Origin: Bdellovibrionales bacterium
Lineage (GTDB): Bacteria > Bdellovibrionota > Bdellovibrionia > Bdellovibrionales > UBA840
NCBI GenBank assembly: GCA_037969075.1
Contig: JBBKWS010000109.1
Location: 1 to 22,181, forward strand
Length of the DNA stretch: 22,181 bases
Reading direction: 5' to 3'
Position numbers and translations under genes: made by a program. Below, piece by piece: positions 6,511-16,269 of the stretch (the first letter of the stretch is position 1; each line of letters opens with the position of its first letter). A model generated the notes under the pieces. It searched no databases, was not told the origin of the DNA, and was given only the letters and a program-made list of their open reading frames with translations.

Positions 6511-7590
6511 GTGTTCTCAACAATAGATCGATATATTCTTAAAAGCTACTTAGGGTATTTAATAGCCTCACTGGTTGTCTTTGTAACATTGTTTTTGTCC
6601 GTAGATTTTATGACAAACGTGGCAAAGTATAGCGCCTCTTTAGATATACTCTTAAAGTATTATGCATTTTTAACTCCTTCGATTATTTTTCAGCTGTTAC
6701 CTGTGGCATTTATTATGTCCACAATTTTTTGTTTGAGCAGCTTAAATAAAACCAATGAACTAATTGCTTTATTTAGTTCGGGTTTAAGTTTAGCAAGGAT
6801 CAGCCTGCCAATCATTATTACGGTAAGTGTTCTTTCGATGTTTAGTTTCTTTGCATCTGATTATATTTTACCAAAGCTTGATCAGAAGAAAAATGAAGTT
6901 TTCTACTATCAGATAAAAAAGAAACCTTGGTTAATTTCAACGGTTCGAAAAAGTAAGATATGGTTTCGCTCTAAGAACAGATTGTTTAACTTACAATATT
7001 TGCGAGCTGCTGACTCAAAAGCACAGGGTTTGACGCTGTATTATTTTGATGAGGCCTGGAACTTATTACAGGTTGTAACAGCGAAAAATATTTTTTTAAG
7101 AAAAAATCACTGGCTGTTAAAAGAAGGGCAAGTAACTTTATTTGAAGAAGAGGTCGGGTTTCCTAAAATAGAATTTTTTGGTGAAAAAACTATTGATACG
7201 GGGGAAGAGTTTGCAAGTTTAGATTCTAACTTTAACTCCGCGGACATGATGACAAGTTCACAGTTAAAAGAGTTTATTAATCGCAATAAAGAGGCGGGGC
7301 TGAATACGCTTGAATATGAAGTTGGTTTTCATCGAAAAATTAGTTACGCCTTTTCAGGCCTTATTTTATGCTTACTAGGCATACCTTTTAGTGTTACTGA
7401 CCGTAGAAGTGGTGGTGCAGGAAGAAGTATTGGTGTCTGTGTCTTGATTGTATTTGCCTACTGGCTTGCCTATTCGGCAGCACTAAACTTTGGTAAGCAT
7501 GGAGTGGTGCCTGCTTGGCTCGCAGCCTGGACTCCTAATGTGCTATTCTTTATATTGGCTATAGCATTACTACTTAGGACAAAAAAATAG
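6511..7590 (+). CDS. lptG: LPS export ABC transporter permease, LptF/LptG family (LptG-like)
   Basis: IDRYI N-terminus, three TMs, NELIALFSSGLSLARI motif, periplasmic beta-rich domain, three C-terminal TMs ending PAWLAAWTPN. Confidence 0.85.
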   Translation: MFSTIDRYILKSYLGYLIASLVVFVTLFLSVDFMTNVAKYSASLDILLKYYAFLTPSIIFQLLPVAFIMSTIFCLSSLNKTNELIALFSSGLSLARISLPIIITVSVLSMFSFFASDYILPKLDQKKNEVFYYQIKKKPWLISTVRKSKIWFRSKNRLFNLQYLRAADSKAQGLTLYYFDEAWNLLQVVTAKNIFLRKNHWLLKEGQVTLFEEEVGFPKIEFFGEKTIDTGEEFASLDSNFNSADMMTSSQLKEFINRNKEAGLNTLEYEVGFHRKISYAFSGLILCLLGIPFSVTDRRSGGAGRSIGVCVLIVFAYWLAYSAALNFGKHGVVPAWLAAWTPNVLFFILAIALLLRTKK

Positions 7591-7672
7591 CCCAATTTCA
7601 AGGGTTTAGGGTTTTTTACACTGTTCAATTTGGGGATAATCTGCTACACTGTAATCATATTAGGAGTATGAT

Positions 7673-8233
7673 ATGTCAGTATTAGAGGTGCTAAAATATC
7701 CTCATCCTGTTTTGAAGCAGGTAGCTAAAAAAATTGATTCAATCAATCAAGAGCTTCGAGTTTTATCCGAAAATATGTTGGAAACAATGTATAAGGCACC
7801 TGGTGTTGGGTTGGCAGCTCCTCAAGTCGGACACAGCATACGAATGGTCGTTATAGACACTCGCCCAAAAGACGAAGATGGCAATTTTACTAATGAAGAT
7901 ATGACTGAGCTAGAGCAAGCGGTAAGTTACCCATTGGTTCTTGTAAATCCTATTATTCTTAAAAAAGAGGGTATTATTAAGTGGGAAGAAGGGTGCTTGA
8001 GCGTACCTGGTTATGTCGAAGAAGTAGAGCGGGCTGCTTACGTCGAAGTTAAATATTCTGACATAGATGGTAGGGAAGTTATAATGAAGGCAGATGCCTT
8101 ACTGGCAGTTTGCGTTCAACATGAAATTGATCATTTAGATGGAAAAGTTTTTATTGAAAGACTTAGCCAATTAAAATTTGACCGAATTCGTAAGTTGATT
8201 AAGAAAAACGGATACGAACAACCAGAGGCATAA
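7673..8233 (+). CDS. def: Peptide deformylase
   Basis: GVGLAAPQ, EGCLS and QHEIDHLDG motifs; AGGAG SD upstream. Confidence 0.98.
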   Translation: MSVLEVLKYPHPVLKQVAKKIDSINQELRVLSENMLETMYKAPGVGLAAPQVGHSIRMVVIDTRPKDEDGNFTNEDMTELEQAVSYPLVLVNPIILKKEGIIKWEEGCLSVPGYVEEVERAAYVEVKYSDIDGREVIMKADALLAVCVQHEIDHLDGKVFIERLSQLKFDRIRKLIKKNGYEQPEA

Positions 8234-8234
8234 A

Positions 8235-9161
8235 TTGAGTAAAATTAAGATTGTCTTTTTGGGCACAGCTGATTTTGCCCTTCCCTCTCTAGAAACTCTA
8301 TGTAGGGATGAACACTATGACGTCGCTTGTGTAATTACACAGCCAGACAGACCTGCAGGTAGAAAGCTTGAGCTCACGCCAAGTCCTGTAAAAAAACTAG
8401 CAACGTCTTTAAAGGTTCCAGTATTTACACCTGAAAACATTAATTCTGTAGAATCTATTGAATATATCCAAAAATTAAGAGTCGAAGCGGCTGTCGTTGT
8501 AGCGTATGGGCAAATTTTATCAGAAGAATTGATTTCTTTATTCCCTAAGGGGGCTGTTAATTTGCATGGCAGCTTGTTACCAAGATGGAGAGGGGCCGCG
8601 CCTGTGCAGCGAGCCATACATTTTGGAGATAAAATTTCAGGCGTAACATTACAAAAAATTGCACTTAAATTAGATGCTGGTGATGTTCTTGGGGTTCGAA
8701 GAGTGGAAATTACTGACGAAATGGACTCGCAAACACTCTATGATAAATTGAAAATGCTAGGTGCAGATTTACTCCATATCGAATTTATGGATTACATTCG
8801 GGGAAACCTTTCTGGTGTTAAGCAAGATGTGTCACAAATTACTATCGCAAAAAAAATAAAAAAAGAAGAAGGGCTTATTGATTGGACCAAAAATCAAACT
8901 GATATATGGAACCAATACAAAGCTTTAAAGATGTGGCCTGGTGTATGGACTGTAGTAAATGGTAAAACTCTTAAGATACACAAAATGGAAAAAGTAAGTG
9001 AAAAGGCAAAGCCAGGAAAAGTTATATCTAAAGATGCAAACGGTATTGTTGTGGCCTGTAGTGATGCTGCCTTTAAACTTCTTGAGGTGCAGCCAGAGTC
9101 AAAAGCAAAACTATTAATTAAAGATTATGTAAATGGATTTGAAATACCAGATAATTTTTAG
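8235..9161 (+). CDS. fmt: Methionyl-tRNA formyltransferase
   Basis: FLGTADFA, TQPDRPAGR, VVAYGQIL, NLHGSLLPRWRGAAP and LDAGD motifs. TTG start 1 nt after def. Confidence 0.97.
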   Translation: MSKIKIVFLGTADFALPSLETLCRDEHYDVACVITQPDRPAGRKLELTPSPVKKLATSLKVPVFTPENINSVESIEYIQKLRVEAAVVVAYGQILSEELISLFPKGAVNLHGSLLPRWRGAAPVQRAIHFGDKISGVTLQKIALKLDAGDVLGVRRVEITDEMDSQTLYDKLKMLGADLLHIEFMDYIRGNLSGVKQDVSQITIAKKIKKEEGLIDWTKNQTDIWNQYKALKMWPGVWTVVNGKTLKIHKMEKVSEKAKPGKVISKDANGIVVACSDAAFKLLEVQPESKAKLLIKDYVNGFEIPDNF

Positions 9162-9173
9162 ACCGGGGGATAC

Positions 9174-9875
9174 ATGTTATTTTTTATTACAATGCTACTA
9201 TTTTCATATAGCTCAGATGTGGACCAGTTGATTAGCGATAACAATATAAAGTTTAATTCAGAGACCAAAAAATTTGTAGTAACAGGTATTGATAAATACA
9301 ACTTAGAGCAAGACTCAACTGTTGTTTCTAAAAAAGACGGCAGTGCGTACTACCAATACTCTACGGCTGGTAGAGACCAAGAAGCTTTATATAAAAAGAC
9401 TAAGAATCTAGATGGGACATTTACGACTAGTCGCCATAAAATAGAGAATGGAATTGTTAGGTCTATTACAGAATGCAAAACAGTAATTATTCCTGGTTTT
9501 ATCAAGAACTCTACAGAAAACAGATGCGTGTACCTTGATCATGAGTCGTGCAGTAACTTAGACTCTAAAGAAATAAAATTTTTAGAAGAGGGTACTCGTA
9601 AAAACATAGATGGCTTAGTGCGACTAGATGTCGTATTTAAAGAAGGTGATTCAAAAGCAGGCAAAGATTATCGCAGTAGACAAGGTTATAAAGCTCAGGT
9701 AGCGCAAGGTAAGCTTAGCGAGGTGTTTAAAGGTGAAATGATAGATATTTTAAGGCGCGGTGTTGAGCCTAGCGAAGTAAATGTGATGGTGCGAAAAATA
9801 AAGAATGGTTGTGAACAAATTATGGGTAAAAAAACCTTTTTAAATGTACAGCCTAAAGCGCCCGCCGCACAGTAG
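9174..9875 (+). CDS. Hypothetical exported protein (233 aa)
   Basis: GGGGGA SD, short hydrophobic N-terminus (MLFFITMLLFSYS), 4 Cys, no recognised domain. Fills the fmt-rpe gap. Confidence 0.7.
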   Translation: MLFFITMLLFSYSSDVDQLISDNNIKFNSETKKFVVTGIDKYNLEQDSTVVSKKDGSAYYQYSTAGRDQEALYKKTKNLDGTFTTSRHKIENGIVRSITECKTVIIPGFIKNSTENRCVYLDHESCSNLDSKEIKFLEEGTRKNIDGLVRLDVVFKEGDSKAGKDYRSRQGYKAQVAQGKLSEVFKGEMIDILRRGVEPSEVNVMVRKIKNGCEQIMGKKTFLNVQPKAPAAQ

Positions 9876-9882
9876 TTCTAGT

Positions 9883-9911
9883 TTGCTTTTCTCTCACTGA
9901 CTGCCTATGAT
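9883..9911 (+). promoter_or_regulatory. Putative internal sigma70 promoter for rpe-hutH (TTGCTT-N17-TATGAT)
   Basis: -35 at 9883-9888, -10 at 9906-9911, exact 17-nt spacer, about 23 nt upstream of the rpe ATG. Confidence 0.5.
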
Positions 9912-9934
9912 GCCCCCAAATAGGCGGTGGAATA

Positions 9935-10600
9935 ATGATAAAAATAAAAAGACTACCTAAATACATATCCCCAAGTATTTTATCGGCTAATTTTGCTAAC
10001 TTACAGGCAGATGTTAAGGCGGTAGAAGAAGCAGGCGCTGATATGTTACATATCGACGTAATGGATGGGCATTTTGTACCTAATATCACCATCGGGCCTG
10101 TAGTCTTATCTTCATTAAAAAAAGCCACAAAATTGCCTTTTGATACCCACTTGATGATTACGGATCCAGAAAAATATGCAGAAGAGTTTATCAAAGCAGG
10201 ATCACAATACTTAACTTTTCATATTGAAGCCAGCAAAGCTCCTGTAAAATTAATTCAAAAAATTAGAGACCTAGGGGCTAAGCCAGGACTTAGTTTGAAG
10301 CCTGCTACTCATATTAAGGACATCATTCCGTTTTTATCAGAGATTGATCTAGTCTTAGTAATGACAGTAGAGCCTGGTTTTGGTGGACAGAGTTTTATGG
10401 CAGATCAGGTTGATAAAATTAAAGAATTAGATGAATTGAGAAAAAAACATGAATTTTCATTTTTAATTTCTGTTGATGGTGGGATCAATGCCGAGACAGC
10501 AAAAATTTGCGTAGATGCCGGAGCTGATATTTTAGTGGCAGGTAGTTACATCTTTGGTAAAGACCCGAAGCTAGCAATTAAAAATTTAAGGATACTTTGA
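9935..10600 (+). CDS. rpe: Ribulose-phosphate 3-epimerase
   Basis: ISPSILSANF, HIDVMDGHFVPN, DTHLMI, MTVEPGFGGQSF, VDGGI and VAGS motifs. Confidence 0.98.
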   Translation: MIKIKRLPKYISPSILSANFANLQADVKAVEEAGADMLHIDVMDGHFVPNITIGPVVLSSLKKATKLPFDTHLMITDPEKYAEEFIKAGSQYLTFHIEASKAPVKLIQKIRDLGAKPGLSLKPATHIKDIIPFLSEIDLVLVMTVEPGFGGQSFMADQVDKIKELDELRKKHEFSFLISVDGGINAETAKICVDAGADILVAGSYIFGKDPKLAIKNLRIL

Positions 10601-10603
10601 TAT

Positions 10604-12127
10604 ATGATAGAAATTAATGGCAATGATTTAGGAATTAACGATGTTTGGAAAATTTCAATAGGGTCCAAAGTTACTTTAGGTCAAAAGGCCAAAGATAAAA
10701 TTTTAGAATCAAGAAATTATATTGAAAAGAAAATTAGTACAGGTGAAGCCATATACGGAGTCAACACAGGCTTCGGCGCATTTTCTTCGGTTCGCATTTC
10801 TGACAAAGATATCGAGACGCTGCAATTCAATTTAATTAGATCACACTCTACCGGAGTGGGAGATCCATTTACGGTCAAGCAAACCCGAGCGATCATGGCA
10901 CTTCGTGCAAATGCACTAGCTACAGGACACTCTGGGGTTAGGCTAGAAGTAGTAGAAACTATTTTAAAATTTTTAAATGAGGATGTTATTCCTGTTATTC
11001 CGCAGCAAGGAAGTGTGGGCGCCAGCGGGGATCTTGCGCCTCTGTCGCATTTAGCGTTGGCTTTGATTGGTGAAGGCGAAGTTTGGAGTGATGATAAGAT
11101 TGTAGAGACCGATGTAGTTTTAAAGAAAAAAAATATTAAGCCTCTAATTTTAAAAGCAAAAGAAGGTTTATCTTTAATTAATGGATGCCAAGTCATGACA
11201 GCTGTAGGGTTGCTTGCAACTTATGAGTCTAGTCGAATGGCAAAGCTTGTTGATGTAGCAGGTGCTATGTCGTTAGAGGCGCTGCAAGGATCTAGAAAGG
11301 CATTTGATGCGTTGATACCAGCAACAAGAAAACATCCAGGAGAAGCGAAAACCTCAAGAAATTTACTGAAAATATTAGGAGTAGATTCTGAAATTTCTAA
11401 TTCACACACTAGTTGCACCAGGGTACAAGACGCTTATTCTCTTCGTTGCATGCCGGCAGTACACGGCGCCGCTAAAGATACAATTTGTAGAACAATTGAA
11501 ACGTTAGAAATCGAAGCTAACTCAAGCACTGATAACCCATTAGTGTTTCCGACAGAAGATAAGATTTTGTCTTGCGGAAATTTTCATGGAGAGCCTGTGG
11601 CCTTCGCTCTTGATTTTTTGGGGATTGCAATGTCTGCCATGTCTAGCATTTCAGAGTGCAGGATTGAAAAATTAATTAACCCAAACATGAGTGGCCTCCC
11701 AGCCTTTCTTGCTAAAGACGGTGGTCTTAATAGTGGTATGATGATCGTTCAAGTCGCTGCTGCAAGCCTTGTGAGCGAGAATAAAATTTTATCTCATCCT
11801 GCATCTGTCGACAGTATACCAACATCTGCGGACAAAGAAGATCATGTTAGTATGGGTACAATTGCTGCCAGAAAATTAAAAAGTATCGTTAACAATGCAG
11901 AAAATATTTTAGCGATGGAATTTTTATGTGCGGCACAAGCCCTTGATTTTCTAAAGCCACTTGGGCCGGCAGCAGGCGTAAAAATTGCTTATGACGAGAT
12001 TCGCAAAGTGGTGCCTTTTGCAGATCAAGATCGTGTGTTTGCAAAGGATATCGAAAAGATTCGCAATCTGATGCAAGCGGGACTATTAGAAAAAATAGAG
12101 AGCGTATCTGGTACTCTAGAGCTTTAA
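10604..12127 (+). CDS. hutH: Histidine ammonia-lyase
   Basis: YGVNTGFG, MIO-forming GSVGASGDLAPL, KEGLSLING, QDAYSLRC, GNFHGEP and EDHVSMG motifs; hutU and hutI nearby. Confidence 0.97.
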   Translation: MIEINGNDLGINDVWKISIGSKVTLGQKAKDKILESRNYIEKKISTGEAIYGVNTGFGAFSSVRISDKDIETLQFNLIRSHSTGVGDPFTVKQTRAIMALRANALATGHSGVRLEVVETILKFLNEDVIPVIPQQGSVGASGDLAPLSHLALALIGEGEVWSDDKIVETDVVLKKKNIKPLILKAKEGLSLINGCQVMTAVGLLATYESSRMAKLVDVAGAMSLEALQGSRKAFDALIPATRKHPGEAKTSRNLLKILGVDSEISNSHTSCTRVQDAYSLRCMPAVHGAAKDTICRTIETLEIEANSSTDNPLVFPTEDKILSCGNFHGEPVAFALDFLGIAMSAMSSISECRIEKLINPNMSGLPAFLAKDGGLNSGMMIVQVAAASLVSENKILSHPASVDSIPTSADKEDHVSMGTIAARKLKSIVNNAENILAMEFLCAAQALDFLKPLGPAAGVKIAYDEIRKVVPFADQDRVFAKDIEKIRNLMQAGLLEKIESVSGTLEL

Positions 12128-12742
12128 ATCTTTTTTAATAAGATTTTTTGCTTTAGTGAACGCAGGTCGTGCTTTCATTTGATTAACATATTTTAAAAGT
12201 AAATCATCCGCATTTGTTAAAAACTCGTTTGCCTTTCCCCAATTTAAAGTATGTGCGCAAAATATGTCGGCAACACTAAATCTACCTCCTACTAAAAAAT
12301 CTCTATGAGCTAAGTGTTTTTTTAATACTTTTTTGTGTTTATTAAACTCAAATTCTGCTTGTCGTTTAAAGTGTGGAAGGCGACAAGTCTCTTCCCAGGT
12401 ATGTGAGTTTTTTGCATTCCACCATATTGGTTGTTCTAGTTCGGATAAAATCCAAAACATCCATTGGTCTACTTCGGCTCTTTCAGATGTTCCTGTAGTT
12501 GGCATGAGCATACTAGAATTTGATTTATTACAAATATAATAGGCAATGGCTGCTGACTCATATAGATAGAAGTCTCCATGGCGGAGCACTGGAATTTTAG
12601 CATTAGGATTAATTTTTAAAAAATCTGGAAGCGCAGCATCTTTAACGCTAATAGGGTCAAATGTGTAAGGTAGATTTAATTCTTCTAATAACCAGTATAT
12701 TCGAAAGCTTCTAGATGCCGGGTGACCATAAATATGAAACAT
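12116..12742 (-). CDS. Glutathione S-transferase family protein
   Basis: SRSFRIYWLLEELNLPY, INPNAKIPVL, LYESAAI and FSVADI motifs; GGAG SD. Confidence 0.93.
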   Translation of the reverse strand: MFHIYGHPASRSFRIYWLLEELNLPYTFDPISVKDAALPDFLKINPNAKIPVLRHGDFYLYESAAIAYYICNKSNSSMLMPTTGTSERAEVDQWMFWILSELEQPIWWNAKNSHTWEETCRLPHFKRQAEFEFNKHKKVLKKHLAHRDFLVGGRFSVADIFCAHTLNWGKANEFLTNADDLLLKYVNQMKARPAFTKAKNLIKKDLKL

Positions 12743-12794
12743 AAATACTCCAAATCCTATAGCATAAGCCTATCTAATATGTTAGGTATTGGCT

Positions 12795-13394
12795 ATGATA
12801 AAAGATGGCAGATGTTCATGGTGTATAAAAGATGAAGAGTATATTAGATATCATGATACAGAATGGGGAGTTCCCGTTTATGATGACCAGAAACTTTTTG
12901 AGTTTTTAGTCTTAGAAACTGCGCAGGCGGGATTATCCTGGCATACAATTTTAAAGCGCCGGGATAACTATAGAAAAGCTTTTTGTGACTTTGATGTAGA
13001 TAAGGTTGCTAAAATGACGGATGCAGATGTAGAGAGATTAATGCAAAATTCTGGTATCATCAGAAATCGAGCAAAAATTATTGCTACAATTTCTAATGCA
13101 AAAGCATTTAAACAAGTTCAAGAAGACTTTGGTAGTTTTGCTTTGTTTCAATGGCAATTTGTAGAAGGGTACCCAATTGATAGCTCAATGAAGAGTGTAA
13201 AAGATTATCAGCCTACGACTTATCTATCAGATTGGTTCACATACGAATTAAAAAAATATGGATTTAAATTTGTAGGTTCTACTGTGATCTACGCCCATAT
13301 GCAGGCTTCTGGAATGGTAAACGATCACTTTACTAAATGTTTTCGTTATAATGAAGTAAAGAAAATGCAAAGATCTGAAGGTTATAATATATAA
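12795..13394 (+). CDS. tag: DNA-3-methyladenine glycosylase I
   Basis: RCSW...YHDTEWGVP, LETAQAGLSW, IIRNRAKI, FKFVGST and NDHFTKC motifs. ATG 12795 chosen for its AGGT SD; the track uses TTG 12789. Confidence 0.95.
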   Translation: MIKDGRCSWCIKDEEYIRYHDTEWGVPVYDDQKLFEFLVLETAQAGLSWHTILKRRDNYRKAFCDFDVDKVAKMTDADVERLMQNSGIIRNRAKIIATISNAKAFKQVQEDFGSFALFQWQFVEGYPIDSSMKSVKDYQPTTYLSDWFTYELKKYGFKFVGSTVIYAHMQASGMVNDHFTKCFRYNEVKKMQRSEGYNI

Positions 13395-13414
13395 GTTTTT
13401 GAAGGATGGTAACT

Positions 13415-15058
13415 ATGCGTGTTGTTAAAGCTCCTATTGGAAATAAATTAAATTGTAAAGGTTGGCTGCAAGAGGCCGCCTATAGAATGATTCAAAATAA
13501 CTTAGATCCTTCAGTGGCTGAAAGACCTGATGAGCTTATTGTATATGGAGGAATAGGAAAGGCTGCCCGCAATTGGCCGTGCTTTGAAAAGATTCTTGAA
13601 GCCTTAAAAGAATTAGAAAATGATGAAACCTTACTGGTTCAATCTGGCAAACCCATTGGAATATTAAAAACCCACAAAGATGCTCCAAGAGTATTAATTG
13701 CTAACTCTAATTTAGTCGGAAAGTGGGCGAACTGGGAACATTTTAATGAGCTAGATAAAAAAGGCCTGATGATGTACGGGCAGATGACTGCGGGTTCTTG
13801 GATCTATATTGGATCACAGGGTATCGTACAGGGTACGTACGAAACATTTGTAGAGTGTGGTAAGCAGCATTTTAACGGAGATCTTGGGGGGAAAGTAATT
13901 TTGACAGCAGGTCTTGGTGGTATGGGTGGAGCGCAACCGTTAGCAGGAGTTTTTGCAGGGGCCTGCGTATTAGCCGTTGAAGTTGATCCAATAAGAATAA
14001 AAAAGCGCTTAGAAACAAAATATATAGATGAGGTAGCTGAGAACCTTGATGATGCTTTATTAAAAATTGAAGAATACAAAAAAAATAAAATAGCAAAGTC
14101 AGTAGCAATTTGCGGGAATATGGCAGACGTAATCCACCAATTGATAGCTAAAAAATTTACTCCGGATATTTTGACCGATCAAACCTCAGCTCATGACCCA
14201 TTAGTTGGCTATATCCCTGATGGATACTCTTTGAAAGATGCAGATGAACTTAGAGAGAAAAACCCAAGTTTATATGTAGAAAAATCCAAAAATTCTATGG
14301 CAAAGCATGTACAGGGAATGCTTGCTATGCAAAAATTAGGCGCTATCACTTTTGACTATGGAAATAACATCCGCGCTATGGCACAAGATGCTGGAGTTGA
14401 AAATGCATTCGATATACCAGGTTTTGTACCTGAATATATTCGTCCACTGTTTTGTAAAGGGAGTGGCCCATTTAGATGGGTTGCACTATCTGGAGATCCT
14501 AATGATATTAAGGTTACAGACGATGCTTTAAGAAAACTTTTTCCTGACAAAAAGAATCTACTGCGTTGGTTAGATATGGCCGAGGAAAGAATTGCATTTC
14601 AAGGTTTACCGGCAAGAATTTGTTGGCTTGAATACGGAGAAAGAGTAAAGGCTGGTTTGCTGTTTAATGACTTAGTGGCTAGTGGAAAAGTAAAGGCACC
14701 ACTAGTGATTGGACGTGATCATTTGGATTGCGGAAGTGTCGCATCCCCGAACCGAGAGACTGAAGGCATGAAAGATGGGTCTGATGCTGTGGCAGATTGG
14801 CCAATATTAAATGCTCTAGTGAATACTGCTTGTGGTGCAACTTGGGTTAGCTTTCATCATGGCGGCGGAGTTGGTATGGGATATAGTCTTCATGCGGGGC
14901 AAGTGATTGTGGCAGATGGTACAAAAGAGGCCGCTGCACGACTAGAGAGAGTGCTTACTGCTGATCCTGGGATGGGGTTATTTAGACATATTGATGCAGG
15001 CTACGAAGAAGCTGCAGAAACTGCTAGGGAGCGCGGCTGCAAGTCGCTTTGGATTTAA
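13415..15058 (+). CDS. hutU: Urocanate hydratase
   Basis: [59 protein letters not shown] and HHGGGVG motifs. SD AAGGA favours ATG 13415; alternative 13406. Confidence 0.98.
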   Translation: MRVVKAPIGNKLNCKGWLQEAAYRMIQNNLDPSVAERPDELIVYGGIGKAARNWPCFEKILEALKELENDETLLVQSGKPIGILKTHKDAPRVLIANSNLVGKWANWEHFNELDKKGLMMYGQMTAGSWIYIGSQGIVQGTYETFVECGKQHFNGDLGGKVILTAGLGGMGGAQPLAGVFAGACVLAVEVDPIRIKKRLETKYIDEVAENLDDALLKIEEYKKNKIAKSVAICGNMADVIHQLIAKKFTPDILTDQTSAHDPLVGYIPDGYSLKDADELREKNPSLYVEKSKNSMAKHVQGMLAMQKLGAITFDYGNNIRAMAQDAGVENAFDIPGFVPEYIRPLFCKGSGPFRWVALSGDPNDIKVTDDALRKLFPDKKNLLRWLDMAEERIAFQGLPARICWLEYGERVKAGLLFNDLVASGKVKAPLVIGRDHLDCGSVASPNRETEGMKDGSDAVADWPILNALVNTACGATWVSFHHGGGVGMGYSLHAGQVIVADGTKEAAARLERVLTADPGMGLFRHIDAGYEEAAETARERGCKSLWI

Positions 15059-16269
15059 TGATAGTATATAAAAATATTAAAAGTTTACTAAGTCTTCGTG
15101 AAGCAGCTAAAAAAGATGGTAAGAATTTAAATTCATTAGATTTAAGTCTAATTGAAGATGCTTGCTTGGTTGAATCTAAAGGTAAGATAATTTGGATTGG
15201 TTCACAAAATGAATTGCCTACAAAGTATAAAAAAGTAAAGTCAGTATCATTAAAACAAAAAACAGTTTTGCCATCATTTGTGGAGTGTCATACACATAGC
15301 GTATTTGCTGGCAATAGATCTGCTGAATTTGAACTCAGACAGCAAGGGGTGTCTTACCAAGAGATTGCTAAACTTGGTGGTGGAATTAAGTTTACGGTTG
15401 AACAGACTAAGAAAGCCTCGGCCCAAGAATTAAAAAAAATGGCACAAAAATCGGCGGATGATTTTTTACGTCAGGGTGTTACCACACTTGAAGTTAAGAG
15501 CGGGTATGGACTAGATTATGAAAATGAAATTAAAATTTTAAAGGTCGCTACATCTTTAAAAGGCCCTGATATCATCACCACATATTTAGGGCCACATGCA
15601 ATTCCTAAAGAATACAAATCTGCTGATGAATATATAAAAACAGTTATTAGTGACTTACCAAAAATAAAAAAATATGCAAATAGAGTAGATATCTTTGTGG
15701 AAGATGGATACTTTTCTATTGAGCAGGCTAAGTTATATTTTAAAGCAGCATCTAAGCTTGGGTTTGAAATAGTAGTTCATGCCGATCAGATGACAAGAAC
15801 TGGGGCTACACTATTAGCTTCTGAATTAGGTGCAATTTCTTGTGACCACGTTATACATATTACTGATAGTGATATTCAGGCATTATCTAAAAAACAAACT
15901 ACTGCAGTATTACTTCCAACATCTGATCAGTACATGCAAATTCCATATCCTAAGGCTCGCGTTCTATTAAATGCTGGTGTTAGAGTCGCTCTTGCAACTG
16001 ATTACAACCCTGGGACATCTCCAACGAGAGATATTTCTTATGTTGGTGTATTGGCGAGGGTTGAAATGAAGATGCTACTTCACGAGGTAATAGCTGCTTA
16101 CACCTACAATGCGGCTTGTGCACTTGGAATCGAGAGAGATGTCGGGTCACTAGAAGTAGGAAAAAAGGCAAATTTTATCGTCGTCGACAACTACCAAGAT
16201 TTATTTTATCAAGTTGGTATGTCGCCGGTAGAGCAAGTATATAAAGATGGTAAAAAAATGAAAATTTAG
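15058..16269 (+). CDS. hutI: Imidazolonepropionase
   Basis: ECHTH, EVKSGYGL, HADQ, DH and ATDYNPGTSP motifs. ATG 15058 overlaps the hutU stop (TAATG). Confidence 0.96.
   Translation: MIVYKNIKSLLSLREAAKKDGKNLNSLDLSLIEDACLVESKGKIIWIGSQNELPTKYKKVKSVSLKQKTVLPSFVECHTHSVFAGNRSAEFELRQQGVSYQEIAKLGGGIKFTVEQTKKASAQELKKMAQKSADDFLRQGVTTLEVKSGYGLDYENEIKILKVATSLKGPDIITTYLGPHAIPKEYKSADEYIKTVISDLPKIKKYANRVDIFVEDGYFSIEQAKLYFKAASKLGFEIVVHADQMTRTGATLLASELGAISCDHVIHITDSDIQALSKKQTTAVLLPTSDQYMQIPYPKARVLLNAGVRVALATDYNPGTSPTRDISYVGVLARVEMKMLLHEVIAAYTYNAACALGIERDVGSLEVGKKANFIVVDNYQDLFYQVGMSPVEQVYKDGKKMKI

Noticed and set aside
6428..6523. N-terminal 32-aa extension of the romR ORF given in the track
   Set aside because: It would span the divergent promoter region and overlap lptG; the receiver domain begins at ATG 6427.
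7588..7617. Intrinsic terminator after lptG
   Set aside because: Only a weak 4-5 bp stem (GCCC/GGGT) with a long loop, and the T-run is displaced from it.
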